From Polyangiaceae bacterium (GTDB lineage: Bacteria; Myxococcota_A; Polyangia; Polyangiales; Polyangiaceae), in assembly GCA_044376115.1 (NCBI GenBank), contig JBILLK010000003.1, positions 160,001-224,000 on the forward strand: 64,000 nt of DNA, in the 5' to 3' direction. This document shows, piece after piece, positions 48,784 through 58,580 of this stretch. The notes beneath the pieces are model-generated. The model did no database searches, was not told where the DNA came from, and saw nothing but the letters and a program-made list of their open reading frames with translations. The stretch's first letter is position 1; every line of letters starts with the position of its first letter. The position numbers and the translations under genes were made by a program.

Positions 48784-50166
48784 TCAGGCGTGAGCGACGC
48801 GCTGTGCCAAGAAATCGATCAGGTCGATCTTGGAGATCAGGCCCACGATGGTTGCTCCGTCCATCACCAGGACGATCTTCGCGTCGTTCATCACGTTCTT
48901 GAGCAGCTCCACCTTGGTCTCTTGCGTGACGGTCGCGTAGTCACTCTCGACCATCTCGGTGATGGGGGTGTCTTGGGTCTTGCCGGAAACCAGCGCCTTC
49001 AGCAGGTCACTCTCATGAATCAGTCCGCGCAGACGGTCATCATCGACCACCGGCAATTGACTGATTCCGAAGCTCTTGAGCTTAGTGACCACGGCGAGAA
49101 TGGAATCACTGCTCGACGCCGTTTCCACCTTGTTGTGCCCGCCCTTGAGCGCCAATAGGTCCTTCACGGTACCAAGGCCCGGGCTATCATCTCCAAGGAA
49201 GCCGTTCTCGCGCATCCACTCGTCGTTGAAGATTTTAGAAATATATTTAGAGGCGCCGTCGGCAAGCATCACCAGGATGTTCTCTTTCTTTCCGGTGGCC
49301 TTGGCGTACTTGATGGCACCCGCGACGGCGGCTCCGCCTGACCCGCCGACGAACAAGCCCTCGAGCCGCACGAGGTCACGGGTCATCAAGAAGCACTCGC
49401 GGTCATCCACGCGCACGACTTCGTCGATGATGTCGAGATTGCAGGTCGACGGGAAGAAGTCCTCCCCGATGCCCTCAACCTTGTAGCCGAAGGGCTTTGT
49501 AATGCGCTTATCCTTGATGAAGTCGTAATAGAGTGAACCGACCGGATCGACGCCGAGCAACTTGATATTCGGCTTGCGCTCCTTCAGGAACTTGCCGCTG
49601 CCGCTGATGGTGCCGCCCGTCCCGAGGCCTGCGACCAAGACGTCCAACTCAGAGCCGCATTGCTCCCAGATCTCCGGACCGGTTGACTTGTAGTGCGCGG
49701 CCGGGTTGTCCGGGTTGTGGTACTGATTGGCGTAAAACGAGTTCGGCGTCTCGTTCGCGATCTTCTTGGAGACTTGATAGTAGCTGCGCGGATCTTCCGG
49801 CTCGACGGCGGTAGGGCAGAGCACCACGCGAGCGCCGAGTGCGCGAAGCGTGCCGACTTTCTCCTGGCTCATCTTGTCCGGCATGATGAAGACGCACTTG
49901 TAACCACGTACGGCCGCCATCATGGCGAGCGCTGCGCCGGTGTTGCCGCTGGTGGCCTCAACGATCGTCCCGCCCGGCTTGAGACCGCGGGATTCCGCTT
50001 CCTGAATCATGTTGCGAGCCACGCGGTCTTTGTGGCTGCCCATCGGGTTGAGGTACTCGCACTTGACGTAAATGTCGGCCGCAACCCCTTCGGTCACCTT
50101 GTTGAGCTTTACAATCGGCGTATTGCCGACAGCCTGCGTGATGTCACTCTTCGCGCTGCGCATCAT
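48784..50166 (-). CDS. cbs: Cystathionine beta-synthase (PLP domain + CBS pair)
   Basis: KCEYLNPMGSHKDR, EATSGNTG, GLGTGGT, VEGIGEDF, C-terminal CBS (ISQLPVVD). Confidence 0.9.
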   Translation of the reverse strand: MMRSAKSDITQAVGNTPIVKLNKVTEGVAADIYVKCEYLNPMGSHKDRVARNMIQEAESRGLKPGGTIVEATSGNTGAALAMMAAVRGYKCVFIMPDKMSQEKVGTLRALGARVVLCPTAVEPEDPRSYYQVSKKIANETPNSFYANQYHNPDNPAAHYKSTGPEIWEQCGSELDVLVAGLGTGGTISGSGKFLKERKPNIKLLGVDPVGSLYYDFIKDKRITKPFGYKVEGIGEDFFPSTCNLDIIDEVVRVDDRECFLMTRDLVRLEGLFVGGSGGAAVAGAIKYAKATGKKENILVMLADGASKYISKIFNDEWMRENGFLGDDSPGLGTVKDLLALKGGHNKVETASSSDSILAVVTKLKSFGISQLPVVDDDRLRGLIHESDLLKALVSGKTQDTPITEMVESDYATVTQETKVELLKNVMNDAKIVLVMDGATIVGLISKIDLIDFLAQRVAHA

Positions 50167-50263
50167 GGCTTTGGATCTAACGGTGCCACACCCTGCCATC
50201 AACTAGATCCTTCCTGAGCATCCGAGCCCTTGCAGCGCGCTGCGCAAAAGGTACCGTTTGGGC

Positions 50264-51544
50264 ATGCGTTATCCCTTGGTTTCGGTTGGTGTGATGCTTC
50301 TGCTCGTGGCCTGCGGCGATAGTTCGAGCTCGGGCGGAGGTGGAAACTCGGGTCCGGGTGGCGGTGGCAGTGGCGCCACCTCAGCAGGGGGCAGTGGCGG
50401 TGGTGGTGGCGACGGCGGTAGCGGCGCAACCGGTGGCGGCGGGGGGATCCCCGGCAACTACGATTGTACCGCCTCGGTTGGAGAACCCCCGGACCTGCGC
50501 TTGACCGAGATCGTTCAAGTGAATGAGCCGACGCAGGCCAAATCACCTCCCGGGCAATCCGGCCTGCTATTTGTCTCGGAGAAGGCCGGGCGCATTCAGA
50601 TCGTTGAAAACGGCGTATTGCGACCCGAGCCGTTCCTCGACATCTCGGACCTGGTTATCAACGACAGTGAGCTTGGCTTCCTCGGCTTTGCCTTCCACCC
50701 GAACTACGCCGAGAACGGTCGCTTCTTTGTTCACTACTCCGACGTCAGCAACCAAGATTCAGTGGTTGCTGAGTACGTACGGAGCGACCCTTACACTGCT
50801 TCTCCAACCGCCGTGGCTGAGGTGCTGCGTCACTACACCGATGAGTCCAATCACAATGGTGGTGCCGTTGAGTTTGGGGCCGACGGCTACCTGTATATCT
50901 CGCTCGGTGACGGTGGCGCGCAGGGGGACCCTGGCTGCGATGCTCTGAACCCCGAGAATCTGCTTGGCAAGATCAGCCGCATTGACGTGGACGCGGCGGG
51001 CTACCCTGCGGCTCCGGGCAACCCCGACGGCAATAAGCAGTACCACATTGGTATGCGCAATCCGTGGCGCATCACCTTCGATGCTTGCGATGGCACGCTG
51101 TACATCGGGGATGTCGGTCAGAACGAAATCGAGGAGGTCAGTGTGGCCGGACCCGACGCCGGGCCGCTCAACTTCGGCTGGCCTGTAAAAGAGGGCACTC
51201 AACCTTATGGTGATAGTTGCGGCTTCCCTGCCGATAACCTCGTAGACCCGATTGCCGAGTACGCGCACGGTGGCGGCGGAATCTGCGGTGCAGGCGCCGG
51301 TTCTATCTCGGGTGGCTATGTCTATCGCGGAGCCAATATTCAAGGGCTGCGCGGCTGGTACATCTATGGGGACTTTTGCACGGGCAACATCTACCGCCTT
51401 AAGTATGAGAACGGCGCTGTGACCGGCGCAGTAGTGGATGCCGGCTTCAGTCTTCCGGGCGTCTCAGCATTTGGCCAAGATGGTTATGGCGAGATGTACG
51501 CGCTCGAGTTGGACGGGCGCGTTTACCGTATTGACGCAGAGTAG
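50264..51544 (+). CDS. PQQ-dependent sugar dehydrogenase-like (GSDH/HHIP beta-propeller) lipoprotein, copy 1
   Basis: GFLGFAFHP, NHNGG, SLGDGG, GMRNPWR, GDVGQ, NFGWP, SISGGYVYRG. Confidence 0.88.
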   Translation: MRYPLVSVGVMLLLVACGDSSSSGGGGNSGPGGGGSGATSAGGSGGGGGDGGSGATGGGGGIPGNYDCTASVGEPPDLRLTEIVQVNEPTQAKSPPGQSGLLFVSEKAGRIQIVENGVLRPEPFLDISDLVINDSELGFLGFAFHPNYAENGRFFVHYSDVSNQDSVVAEYVRSDPYTASPTAVAEVLRHYTDESNHNGGAVEFGADGYLYISLGDGGAQGDPGCDALNPENLLGKISRIDVDAAGYPAAPGNPDGNKQYHIGMRNPWRITFDACDGTLYIGDVGQNEIEEVSVAGPDAGPLNFGWPVKEGTQPYGDSCGFPADNLVDPIAEYAHGGGGICGAGAGSISGGYVYRGANIQGLRGWYIYGDFCTGNIYRLKYENGAVTGAVVDAGFSLPGVSAFGQDGYGEMYALELDGRVYRIDAE

Positions 51545-51569
51545 TTGGTAAGTTGGGTAGGACCTTGCT

Positions 51570-53300
51570 GTGAGCCCGTCCATCTCGCATGTCGAGCAAG
51601 CGCTACTGCGCTTGCTCGACGCTTGGGCGCGCAGCCGCAATCGGGTGCTCGCCGAGGCGATTGATCGCCTTACCACTCATGCCTTGGACTTCAGGCGTAG
51701 CCAAGGAATCTTCCACCCTCCGATGCTGGGGGAGCGTCCGAAGCCTAGCGACGACGATGAGTGGGCAAACTGGTTAGCGCGCATGTCGCCGATCGATCTG
51801 CCACGGCACTACGCTACATTTCATCATAATTCAGCTGGTCCAAAAGCTCGCTTGGCTGCCTTAGCGGCCTTCCGTCCAGATCCACGCGCAGCACGCATAT
51901 TGGTCGAGTGGCTCCAAATGTCTTGGTCCGACGACTTTTGGCACCGCATGGATTGCAATCGTGAAATGATCGCTGCGCTCGAGCAGCACCTCGACCCTCG
52001 CCTACTGCGCGGACTCGAGAGTGTTGCCCAGGTCGGCAAGGCCTGTGGTGCACGCAGGGCAGAGTTTGCCAGCTTACTTACGAGTCTCCGTGCCACCGAA
52101 CTAGAGCTGGATGCGGATGACCTTGGGTTGCTTGCGGAAGTCGATGCGCTTCCGCGTTCGGAAGGCGCAAACTATTCACGTTCTAGTCCTAACGAGCGGG
52201 CAAACGAACTCTTTCGTGCTGTCTACGCCGACCCCGAAGATAAAGCCCTGAAGCGAGAGCTTGCGAACTGTTTGCTGGCAGCCGGTGACCCACGCGGAGA
52301 ATTCATCTTGCTCCAACTCGACGCGCCTCCGACCCGCAAGGGGTCAACGCGTCGTGAACTAGCACTCATCAAGCAGTACGGCCGCCAATGGCTTGGTGGT
52401 TTAAACCGATTGGTAGACGACCATGTTGTTTACGAGGAGGGCTTCGCGACCAAGGTGAATACCGGTCATCCGGGGCCGCCGTTTGGTCGCGGAAGTGAGC
52501 GACCGCTAACTGACCCGTTTGGCGTGGCCAGCCACCCTGAATGGGCGATGGTGAGAAGTATTTCTGTTTGGGCGCATGCTGGAGCGGGTACGCGCGAACT
52601 CTTCAGAACAGCCGCACTTCCTGCGTTGCGTGAGCTGCTCAATCTGGGGTGGCCTGATTTGGAGCAACTGCTTGACGGGCCAAAGCGAGCGATCACCAGG
52701 CTGCATCTCTATTCCAGGAGAACTGGGCTTTGGGGCGAGCTCTACGGTGATGAGTATCGCTCAAGGCTTTTGAAGCTCGCGGATGTTTGTCCGAAGCTGA
52801 CTGACGTTTGCTTGAGTGCCGTCAACTTGGAGGCAAGTTTTCTCGAGGGCTGGCTTAGCCAGTTTCCGTCGCTCGACAAGGTCTCCTTTGGCGGTTCACG
52901 AGCGCTCTTTTCGCAGATGGTTGGGCTCGCTAGAGCGAGGGGCCTCTCGGAGATAGGCCTATTAGGTAATGTTGATCTTACGCTTGAGTTAGCCTCTGGG
53001 CGGGCTCGGTTTAGTTTCACTGGGTGGTTGGGGGACCCGGTGGAGCGGGAGGCAGAGTCGGCCGTGGCCTATGCAGCGCAGCTGGGGGCTACAAGTTTGG
53101 TGGTGCGGGTGCCGGTCGGAGCCTCTGCCCGCGGGCAGTTCAAGCGCACCAAGCTGCCCGCTTTTGTCCTGCGAAAGAAACAGAAGATGGATCTCGACCT
53201 GATTTGGAACGCCGCTGCCAAACACGGGCTTTCCTGTGACTGGGAACCGGAGCCTGTGCCGAAGTGGCTCAACCCAGCTTCCATGAGGTCGGATAAATAG
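51570..53300 (+). CDS. TIGR02996-like domain protein with LRR-like C-terminus
   Basis: LFRAVYADPED...LANCL...GDPRGEFILLQL; LPALREL, CPKLTD, FPSLDK repeats. Confidence 0.72.
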   Translation: MSPSISHVEQALLRLLDAWARSRNRVLAEAIDRLTTHALDFRRSQGIFHPPMLGERPKPSDDDEWANWLARMSPIDLPRHYATFHHNSAGPKARLAALAAFRPDPRAARILVEWLQMSWSDDFWHRMDCNREMIAALEQHLDPRLLRGLESVAQVGKACGARRAEFASLLTSLRATELELDADDLGLLAEVDALPRSEGANYSRSSPNERANELFRAVYADPEDKALKRELANCLLAAGDPRGEFILLQLDAPPTRKGSTRRELALIKQYGRQWLGGLNRLVDDHVVYEEGFATKVNTGHPGPPFGRGSERPLTDPFGVASHPEWAMVRSISVWAHAGAGTRELFRTAALPALRELLNLGWPDLEQLLDGPKRAITRLHLYSRRTGLWGELYGDEYRSRLLKLADVCPKLTDVCLSAVNLEASFLEGWLSQFPSLDKVSFGGSRALFSQMVGLARARGLSEIGLLGNVDLTLELASGRARFSFTGWLGDPVEREAESAVAYAAQLGATSLVVRVPVGASARGQFKRTKLPAFVLRKKQKMDLDLIWNAAAKHGLSCDWEPEPVPKWLNPASMRSDK

Positions 53301-53303
53301 CTG

Positions 53304-54953
53304 CTAGGGCTTAGGGCTTATTGTCGTGGGAATGGGCGGTGGAGACGACGTACTCAGGGTGGCGTCGCAGCCCTTGAGCTTGTTGTGCTTGCAGATGTTC
53401 TCGAGAATTCTGTTGGCGTCGACGCCGTTGAACTTGGTCTTGTTGTTGACGAGCCAGGTGGGGCTGGCTTTGAAGCCGGTCTGCTTCGAGTGGGCGAAGG
53501 AATCGGCGAGCCAGCGTTTGGCTTGATCCCCTTCAGCGCATTTCTGGAGTTTGGCTTGGTCGAAGCCGGTGGTTCCGCCGGTGCACGTCTGCCATTCATC
53601 GCTATTGCGGTTTTTGGCGCGGCAGACGAAGTAGTCGAGATACTTGTGATTCTGCGGATAGAGCTTGAGCGCGCAAATGTGCCTCAGGTCCTCATCTACT
53701 TCGGATTGACCGTGCATTGAGGAGAGGCCCGTCTTTTCGTCCCCGCCGCCAATGAAGTGGACGTTGAGGTCGAGCGTTTGGCCGTTCTTCTTCAGGTGCT
53801 TCATCACTTCATCGAGGCCAATCACGCCTTTGGCGCAGAACGGGCACTTCGACATCAGGAACAGATCGAGCTTCTTTGGTTTGGCCGACCGACATGTTGG
53901 TAGGAACTTGCATTCGGGAAGTCCGCAGCCGCCTTCATCGCGACAAGTCGGGTTCCACTCGCCTTCGACGAAGAAGATGCCGTTGGACTCGCGTAGCGAC
54001 CGCTCGAGCTGCTTGCGGCCGGCTTCATCTGCTTGCAGGGTCTGATCGAAGATCGCCGCCGGGAGCTTGAGCGGCTTGAGCGAGTTGAATAGCTGTTTCC
54101 CCTCGGGGCTCGAATAGTCGACCGAGCGGAAGGTCGCGGACTCCACACGGCCGCGAACCAGGCTTTCGAGCGAGCTGGGTTTACAGTCCTCACAGCGCGA
54201 ATCGGTTAATAGTGTTACGTCGACGGTCTTGGCCTGGGGCAAGGTTTCGCAAAATTCAGGGGCGGTGCCAGCGAAGGCGCCACAAATACCCCGGGCCAAG
54301 GGAGTGGGTGCGCGGTTCCCAGCGTAGACCGTGCCCGCGATGTGGAGCGTTGGTGAGCCTTTGGCTTGAGCGAGCTTGCTCCGCTCGAACGACGCTGCGA
54401 GCAGCTGCTTGCCCTGCTCGCCACGAGCGCAGTTCTCGATGGCGGCGGTGCTGATTCCAAGTCTGGCCCCGCAAGACTGCCAGTTGGTTGCGATCTCTTT
54501 GGGTTTCTCCGCTTGGCAGGTAATCAATTCACGAAAGCGCGGCTCATGCGCTTGGGCGCACACTCCGATGAGGTTGCCGAAGACCTCCGAGGGACCGTGC
54601 ATCGCGTTGAGCTTACCGGCCTCATCGACCGAGCCGATGTAGTCGACCTCGAGCCGGACCCGCGAGCCGAAGTTGGCCAATAGGGGTTTGAGTTGGTCAA
54701 CCAGTAGCGTGGATGCAAAGGGGCACTGCGACATCATGAACAGCCGCAGTTCGACGGTCTCCTCGTCGTTCGTTCTGAGCGCTGCGGCGGCCTCGGCCGG
54801 AGGAAGCGATTGTGGCCCACCGAGGTTCGGAATCACCACCTCATTGGAGTTCGATTCAGGGGCGGGGCTTGGTGGACGCGCAGGGTCTGCGGCGCACGAC
54901 GTCAGGACAGGTAGCAGGCTGAGCAGGATGGACGCCACGTTGCGACGTTGCAT
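53304..54953 (-). CDS. Lipoprotein with tandem thioredoxin-fold (GILT/DsbA-like) domains
   Basis: Lipobox LTSC; LFMMSQCPF..MHGPSE..GSPT and LFLMSKCPFC..MHGQSE..ASPT; central CEDC. Confidence 0.78.
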   Translation of the reverse strand: MQRRNVASILLSLLPVLTSCAADPARPPSPAPESNSNEVVIPNLGGPQSLPPAEAAAALRTNDEETVELRLFMMSQCPFASTLLVDQLKPLLANFGSRVRLEVDYIGSVDEAGKLNAMHGPSEVFGNLIGVCAQAHEPRFRELITCQAEKPKEIATNWQSCGARLGISTAAIENCARGEQGKQLLAASFERSKLAQAKGSPTLHIAGTVYAGNRAPTPLARGICGAFAGTAPEFCETLPQAKTVDVTLLTDSRCEDCKPSSLESLVRGRVESATFRSVDYSSPEGKQLFNSLKPLKLPAAIFDQTLQADEAGRKQLERSLRESNGIFFVEGEWNPTCRDEGGCGLPECKFLPTCRSAKPKKLDLFLMSKCPFCAKGVIGLDEVMKHLKKNGQTLDLNVHFIGGGDEKTGLSSMHGQSEVDEDLRHICALKLYPQNHKYLDYFVCRAKNRNSDEWQTCTGGTTGFDQAKLQKCAEGDQAKRWLADSFAHSKQTGFKASPTWLVNNKTKFNGVDANRILENICKHNKLKGCDATLSTSSPPPIPTTISPKP

Positions 54954-55040
54954 GAGTGGAAGGTAGTCCAAGCGCTGATGACAAGTCACGGCATTGGCGC
55001 GGCTGCGACTCCACGCTAAGGTTCCCCGGCGCTCGACCCC

Positions 55041-55056
55041 GGGCGCATCCTTTGCC
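55041..55056 (+). promoter_or_regulatory. Possible sigma54 promoter for GSDH copy 2
   Basis: GGGCGCATCCTTTGCC, GG-N10-GC spacing about 40 nt upstream of ATG. Confidence 0.3.
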
Positions 55057-55094
55057 TACTGGCTTGTCCCACGTCCTCACTTTGCGGAGCACCT

Positions 55095-56438
55095 ATGCGA
55101 AATCTATTTGTTACAGCGAGCGTCGTTAGTCTTTTGGCCCTGCTTGCGTGTGGGGATGACTCCAGTACGGGCGCGGGTGGTACAGGCGGTTCGGGCGGCT
55201 CCCCGACGACGGGCGGCTCGCCCTCGACGGGCGGTGGCGGTAATGAAACGGGAGGGGCTTCAAGCGGCGGCGGTGGGATGGGCGGCATCGGGCCGACGGG
55301 CGGTTCGGGCGGCGCCGGAGCGGGCACTGGCTTTACCTGTGATGACGCCGTGGGCGCACCCCCGTCATTGACCTTTACCGAGGTGGTGACTGGCGTTGAC
55401 CGACCTGTCTCCGTGCGGACTCCGCCGGGCCGTCCCGATTCGCTGTTTATCGTTGAATCCCACGATGGCCTGATTCGCATCTTTGAGAATGGCGCGCTCT
55501 TGGCCACGCCTTTCCTCGACGTAGGTGACCTGATCCGCAAGAACAATGAAGAAGGCTTGCTCGGGTTGGCGTTCCACCCCGACTACGAGACCAATGGGCG
55601 CTTCTTCATTCACTACAGCGCTGCCGGTAATGGCCTTTCAACGATTGTGGAGTACAAGCGCTCCGAGTCCGATCCCAATGTTGCTGATCCGGCGCCGGTT
55701 CAAACGGTACTCACCCACCCGACTGCACAATCCAATCACAACGGCGGAGCCGTCGAGTTTGGCAATGACGGCTTCCTCTACATCTCCATCGGGGATGGCG
55801 GAAGTCAGGGGGACCCGGAGTGTGATGCACAGAACAGTGCGAACTTGCTCGGCAAGATCATGCGGGTCGATGTGGATGCGGCGCCCAACGGCGAGGGCTA
55901 CCCTGCTGCGGCCGGCAACCCTGAGGGCAGCAAGATCTACCACCGCGGCTTCCGCAATCCCTGGCGCATGGCGTTCGATCCGTGCAACGCGGATCTCTAC
56001 ATCGGTGACGTTGGTCAAGGGGAGTGGGAGGAAATCAGCTTGGCAACGCAAGCTGCAGGCGCGCTCAACTTCGGCTGGCCGATGCGTGAAGGCGCCAATG
56101 ACTACAACGACTCATGCGTCAATCCGCCGTCCAATCTCGTCGACCCCATAGCCCAGTACGATCACAATGGGCGTTGCTCGGTGACCGGTGGTCACGTCTA
56201 CCGTGGTTCTGCGATCCCTGGATTGCAAGGTACCTACTTCTACGGAGACTACTGCAGTGGCGAGGTGTTCTCTCTCAAGGTCGTCAACGGCAGCGTCGTA
56301 ACGCAGCCAACGGTGGCTTTCACAATCAGTGAGGTTGCCGGCTTTGGTACCGACGGGCACGGCGAGGTTTACGTTACTGAGTTGGGTAATAACAATTATC
56401 AATCGGGTGCGGTCTACCGCATTGATGCAGCTCAATAA
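55095..56438 (+). CDS. PQQ-dependent sugar dehydrogenase-like lipoprotein, copy 2
   Basis: GLLGLAFHP, NHNGG, SIGDGG, GFRNPWR, GDVGQ, NFGWP, SVTGGHVYRG. Confidence 0.88.
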   Translation: MRNLFVTASVVSLLALLACGDDSSTGAGGTGGSGGSPTTGGSPSTGGGGNETGGASSGGGGMGGIGPTGGSGGAGAGTGFTCDDAVGAPPSLTFTEVVTGVDRPVSVRTPPGRPDSLFIVESHDGLIRIFENGALLATPFLDVGDLIRKNNEEGLLGLAFHPDYETNGRFFIHYSAAGNGLSTIVEYKRSESDPNVADPAPVQTVLTHPTAQSNHNGGAVEFGNDGFLYISIGDGGSQGDPECDAQNSANLLGKIMRVDVDAAPNGEGYPAAAGNPEGSKIYHRGFRNPWRMAFDPCNADLYIGDVGQGEWEEISLATQAAGALNFGWPMREGANDYNDSCVNPPSNLVDPIAQYDHNGRCSVTGGHVYRGSAIPGLQGTYFYGDYCSGEVFSLKVVNGSVVTQPTVAFTISEVAGFGTDGHGEVYVTELGNNNYQSGAVYRIDAAQ

Positions 56439-56458
56439 CCACTAGTGCACAAAAGCGG

Positions 56459-56487
56459 AAAGGCGGCCTCGAGGGGCCGCCTTTTTT
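56459..56487. terminator. Rho-independent terminator, probably bidirectional
   Basis: AAAGGCGGCC-TCGAGG-GGCCGCCTTT-TTT between convergent genes. Confidence 0.85.
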
Positions 56488-56508
56488 GCATTGGGCTGGT
56501 TGTACCGC

Positions 56509-57075
56509 TCAGGTCATGAAGTCAGAGCGGTGCAGCAGCGATACGAGTTTGAGCCCAGCGTCTCGCAAAGCGTCTGCTCCGCCTTCTTCTCGGTCTACCA
56601 GGGCAATCACCCCAAGCACCTTGGCCCCGACGAGCTTCAGCTTTTCAACGGCCTTGAGCGTCGAGCCGCCGGTAGTGATCACGTCCTCGAGTACGACGAC
56701 CTGAAGGCCCTCACGCAGCGACTTGTCGCCCTCGACCAGCTTCTTCGAGCCGTGGTCTTTGGCCTCTTTGCGGATGTACAAGGCCGGCAGTGGGTTGCCG
56801 CGCTCGAAGCTTTTCATCGACACTGCGCTGGCGAGTGGGCACCCGCCGAGTTCAACGCCGGCCACTGCTTCACAGCCGGTAAAGGCCTGCTCGATCGTGT
56901 CGAACATGAGCGAACCGACGAGGCTGTGGCCTTCGGCGGTGAGCACCGCCTGCTTGCAGTCGATGAAGAAGTCACTCTCACGACCGGAGGCGAGGACCAC
57001 CCGGCGCCGCTCGAACGAGCGATCACGCAGGAGTTCGAACAGCCACTTTCGCTCGGTCTCGTTGAAGCGGACCAC
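56509..57075 (-). CDS. pyrE: Orotate phosphoribosyltransferase
   Basis: LASGRES.FFIDCK, RKEAKDHG, VVVLEDVITTGGS. Confidence 0.95.
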   Translation of the reverse strand: MVRFNETERKWLFELLRDRSFERRRVVLASGRESDFFIDCKQAVLTAEGHSLVGSLMFDTIEQAFTGCEAVAGVELGGCPLASAVSMKSFERGNPLPALYIRKEAKDHGSKKLVEGDKSLREGLQVVVLEDVITTGGSTLKAVEKLKLVGAKVLGVIALVDREEGGADALRDAGLKLVSLLHRSDFMT

Positions 57076-57079
57076 AGCC

Positions 57080-57697
57080 TTAGCGACCGCCAGCCTTACG
57101 CTTCATCTGGCCCTTCTGGCCTTTGCGGATCGCGGGCATCACTGGAGCGGGTGCTTCCTGGCGTTTCACCGGAGCAGCGATCTCAACGGCCTTCTCTTCA
57201 ACGGCCTGGCTGACGCGTGTCGACGCGGCGCGCTGGGTGGCCGGCGGCGGTTTGGCAGGAGCGGGCCGCGCGGGAGCAGCTGCGGGGCGTGCCGCTGAGC
57301 GTGCCGGCGGCGCTGCTTTAAGCTGCGCGCGGTTCTTTGTGGGCGCATCACTCTCGGAGGCGTCCCCTGTTGCGACGAAGCCGCGCACCATTCCGCCCGG
57401 GCGAATGCCAATCGACGGAGCGGTAAGGTCGCCTACGACGCGCGCGCCCTCTTCCAGGAGGATGGCTGTCTCGGCTTCGATCGAGCCGGCGATGGCGCCA
57501 CGTACGGTGACGCGTGCGCCCTTCAGGCTGCCCGACTCCATACGAATGCGGCCCGTGTCTGCAACCGTGATGTCGCCGGAGACGTCCAAAACGCCTTCAA
57601 CCGTGCCCTCGATATCGAGGTCCCCGGTGCCGCGCACAGTGCCGCGAATGACGGTCCCGCGCCCAATCTGAGTCTCGCTCGATGATCGTCCGCTCAC
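57080..57697 (-). CDS. bacP: Bactofilin with Ala/Pro/Lys-rich C-terminal extension (BacP-like)
   Basis: IGRGTVIRG.V.G.GDL.I.G.VEG beta-helix plus about 90-aa low-complexity tail. Confidence 0.8.
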   Translation of the reverse strand: MSGRSSSETQIGRGTVIRGTVRGTGDLDIEGTVEGVLDVSGDITVADTGRIRMESGSLKGARVTVRGAIAGSIEAETAILLEEGARVVGDLTAPSIGIRPGGMVRGFVATGDASESDAPTKNRAQLKAAPPARSAARPAAAPARPAPAKPPPATQRAASTRVSQAVEEKAVEIAAPVKRQEAPAPVMPAIRKGQKGQMKRKAGGR

Positions 57698-57699
57698 GG

Positions 57700-58011
57700 T
57701 CAGCCATCCATGTCGACGTTGCCCTTGAACACGGCACCGTCTGCAATGGTCAAACGAGCGGCCTTCACGTCACCGACGAGCCGCCCACCGTGCAACAAGT
57801 CCACGCGCTCGGAGGCGGTGACGTTGCCCGTGACAAGGCCCCCGACGGAGAGCGTGGAAGCGCCGATATCCGCTTCAACCACAGCGCCGGGCTCGATGGT
57901 GACAGGGCCGTCCACGGTCAACTTGCCGCGAACCGTGCCTGCGACGACCACAGCCTCGTCGGAGGAGATGTCGCCCTCAATGACAATTCCTTGTCCAATA
58001 ACCGTTGCCAC
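57700..58011 (-). CDS. Bactofilin (middle gene of bacNOP-like cluster)
   Basis: TVIGQGIVIEGDI...GAVFKGNVDM; GAGGAGG RBS upstream. Confidence 0.88.
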   Translation of the reverse strand: MATVIGQGIVIEGDISSDEAVVVAGTVRGKLTVDGPVTIEPGAVVEADIGASTLSVGGLVTGNVTASERVDLLHGGRLVGDVKAARLTIADGAVFKGNVDMDG

Positions 58012-58068
58012 TTAGGACCTCCTCGATCGTCTTTCGTTCAAGTTAACCGGAGCTTCAATGCGCTGGGT

Positions 58069-58497
58069 TTAGCGACGGCGTGCAGCAGGCTTGGCCTCTT
58101 TGGGCGAGCCGCTGAGACCGTCCGGAAGCTCGAAGGCAGCGTCAATTCTTCCGCGGTAGGAAGCGCCTTCCTCAAGCGAGAATTCAGTGGTGCTGATGTC
58201 TCCAACGACGCGCGCACCCGCTCGAATATGGACAGGGCCGCTCGACTCGACCGAGCCTTGGAGCACGCCCTCTACCGTGACATGGCCGGCCGACAAGTTG
58301 CCGACGAGCGTGCCTGTGCCGCCCACGTCAAACTGGCCGGTCACGTTCACGTCCCCTTCAACCTCACCTTCGAGACGAATGCTGCCTTCTCCGGTTACCC
58401 GGCCGCGCACACGGATGCTTCTGCCGAGGACCTGAAGTTCACTCGACGGTTCAGCGTTTCTCGAATTCGACTTCGTGGCTCCGAAGCCTCGGGACAT
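58069..58497 (-). CDS. Bactofilin (first gene of bacNOP-like cluster)
   Basis: LGRSIRVRG.VTGEG...GEVEGDV...EEGASYRGRID. Confidence 0.85.
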   Translation of the reverse strand: MSRGFGATKSNSRNAEPSSELQVLGRSIRVRGRVTGEGSIRLEGEVEGDVNVTGQFDVGGTGTLVGNLSAGHVTVEGVLQGSVESSGPVHIRAGARVVGDISTTEFSLEEGASYRGRIDAAFELPDGLSGSPKEAKPAARRR

Positions 58498-58580
58498 GCT
58501 TCCTCCAACCCTTTTGGACGGCGGACCGTACTCCAAGGTCCGAGCTAGAGCAACGGCTCAAAGACTGACCCGCGGCGACC

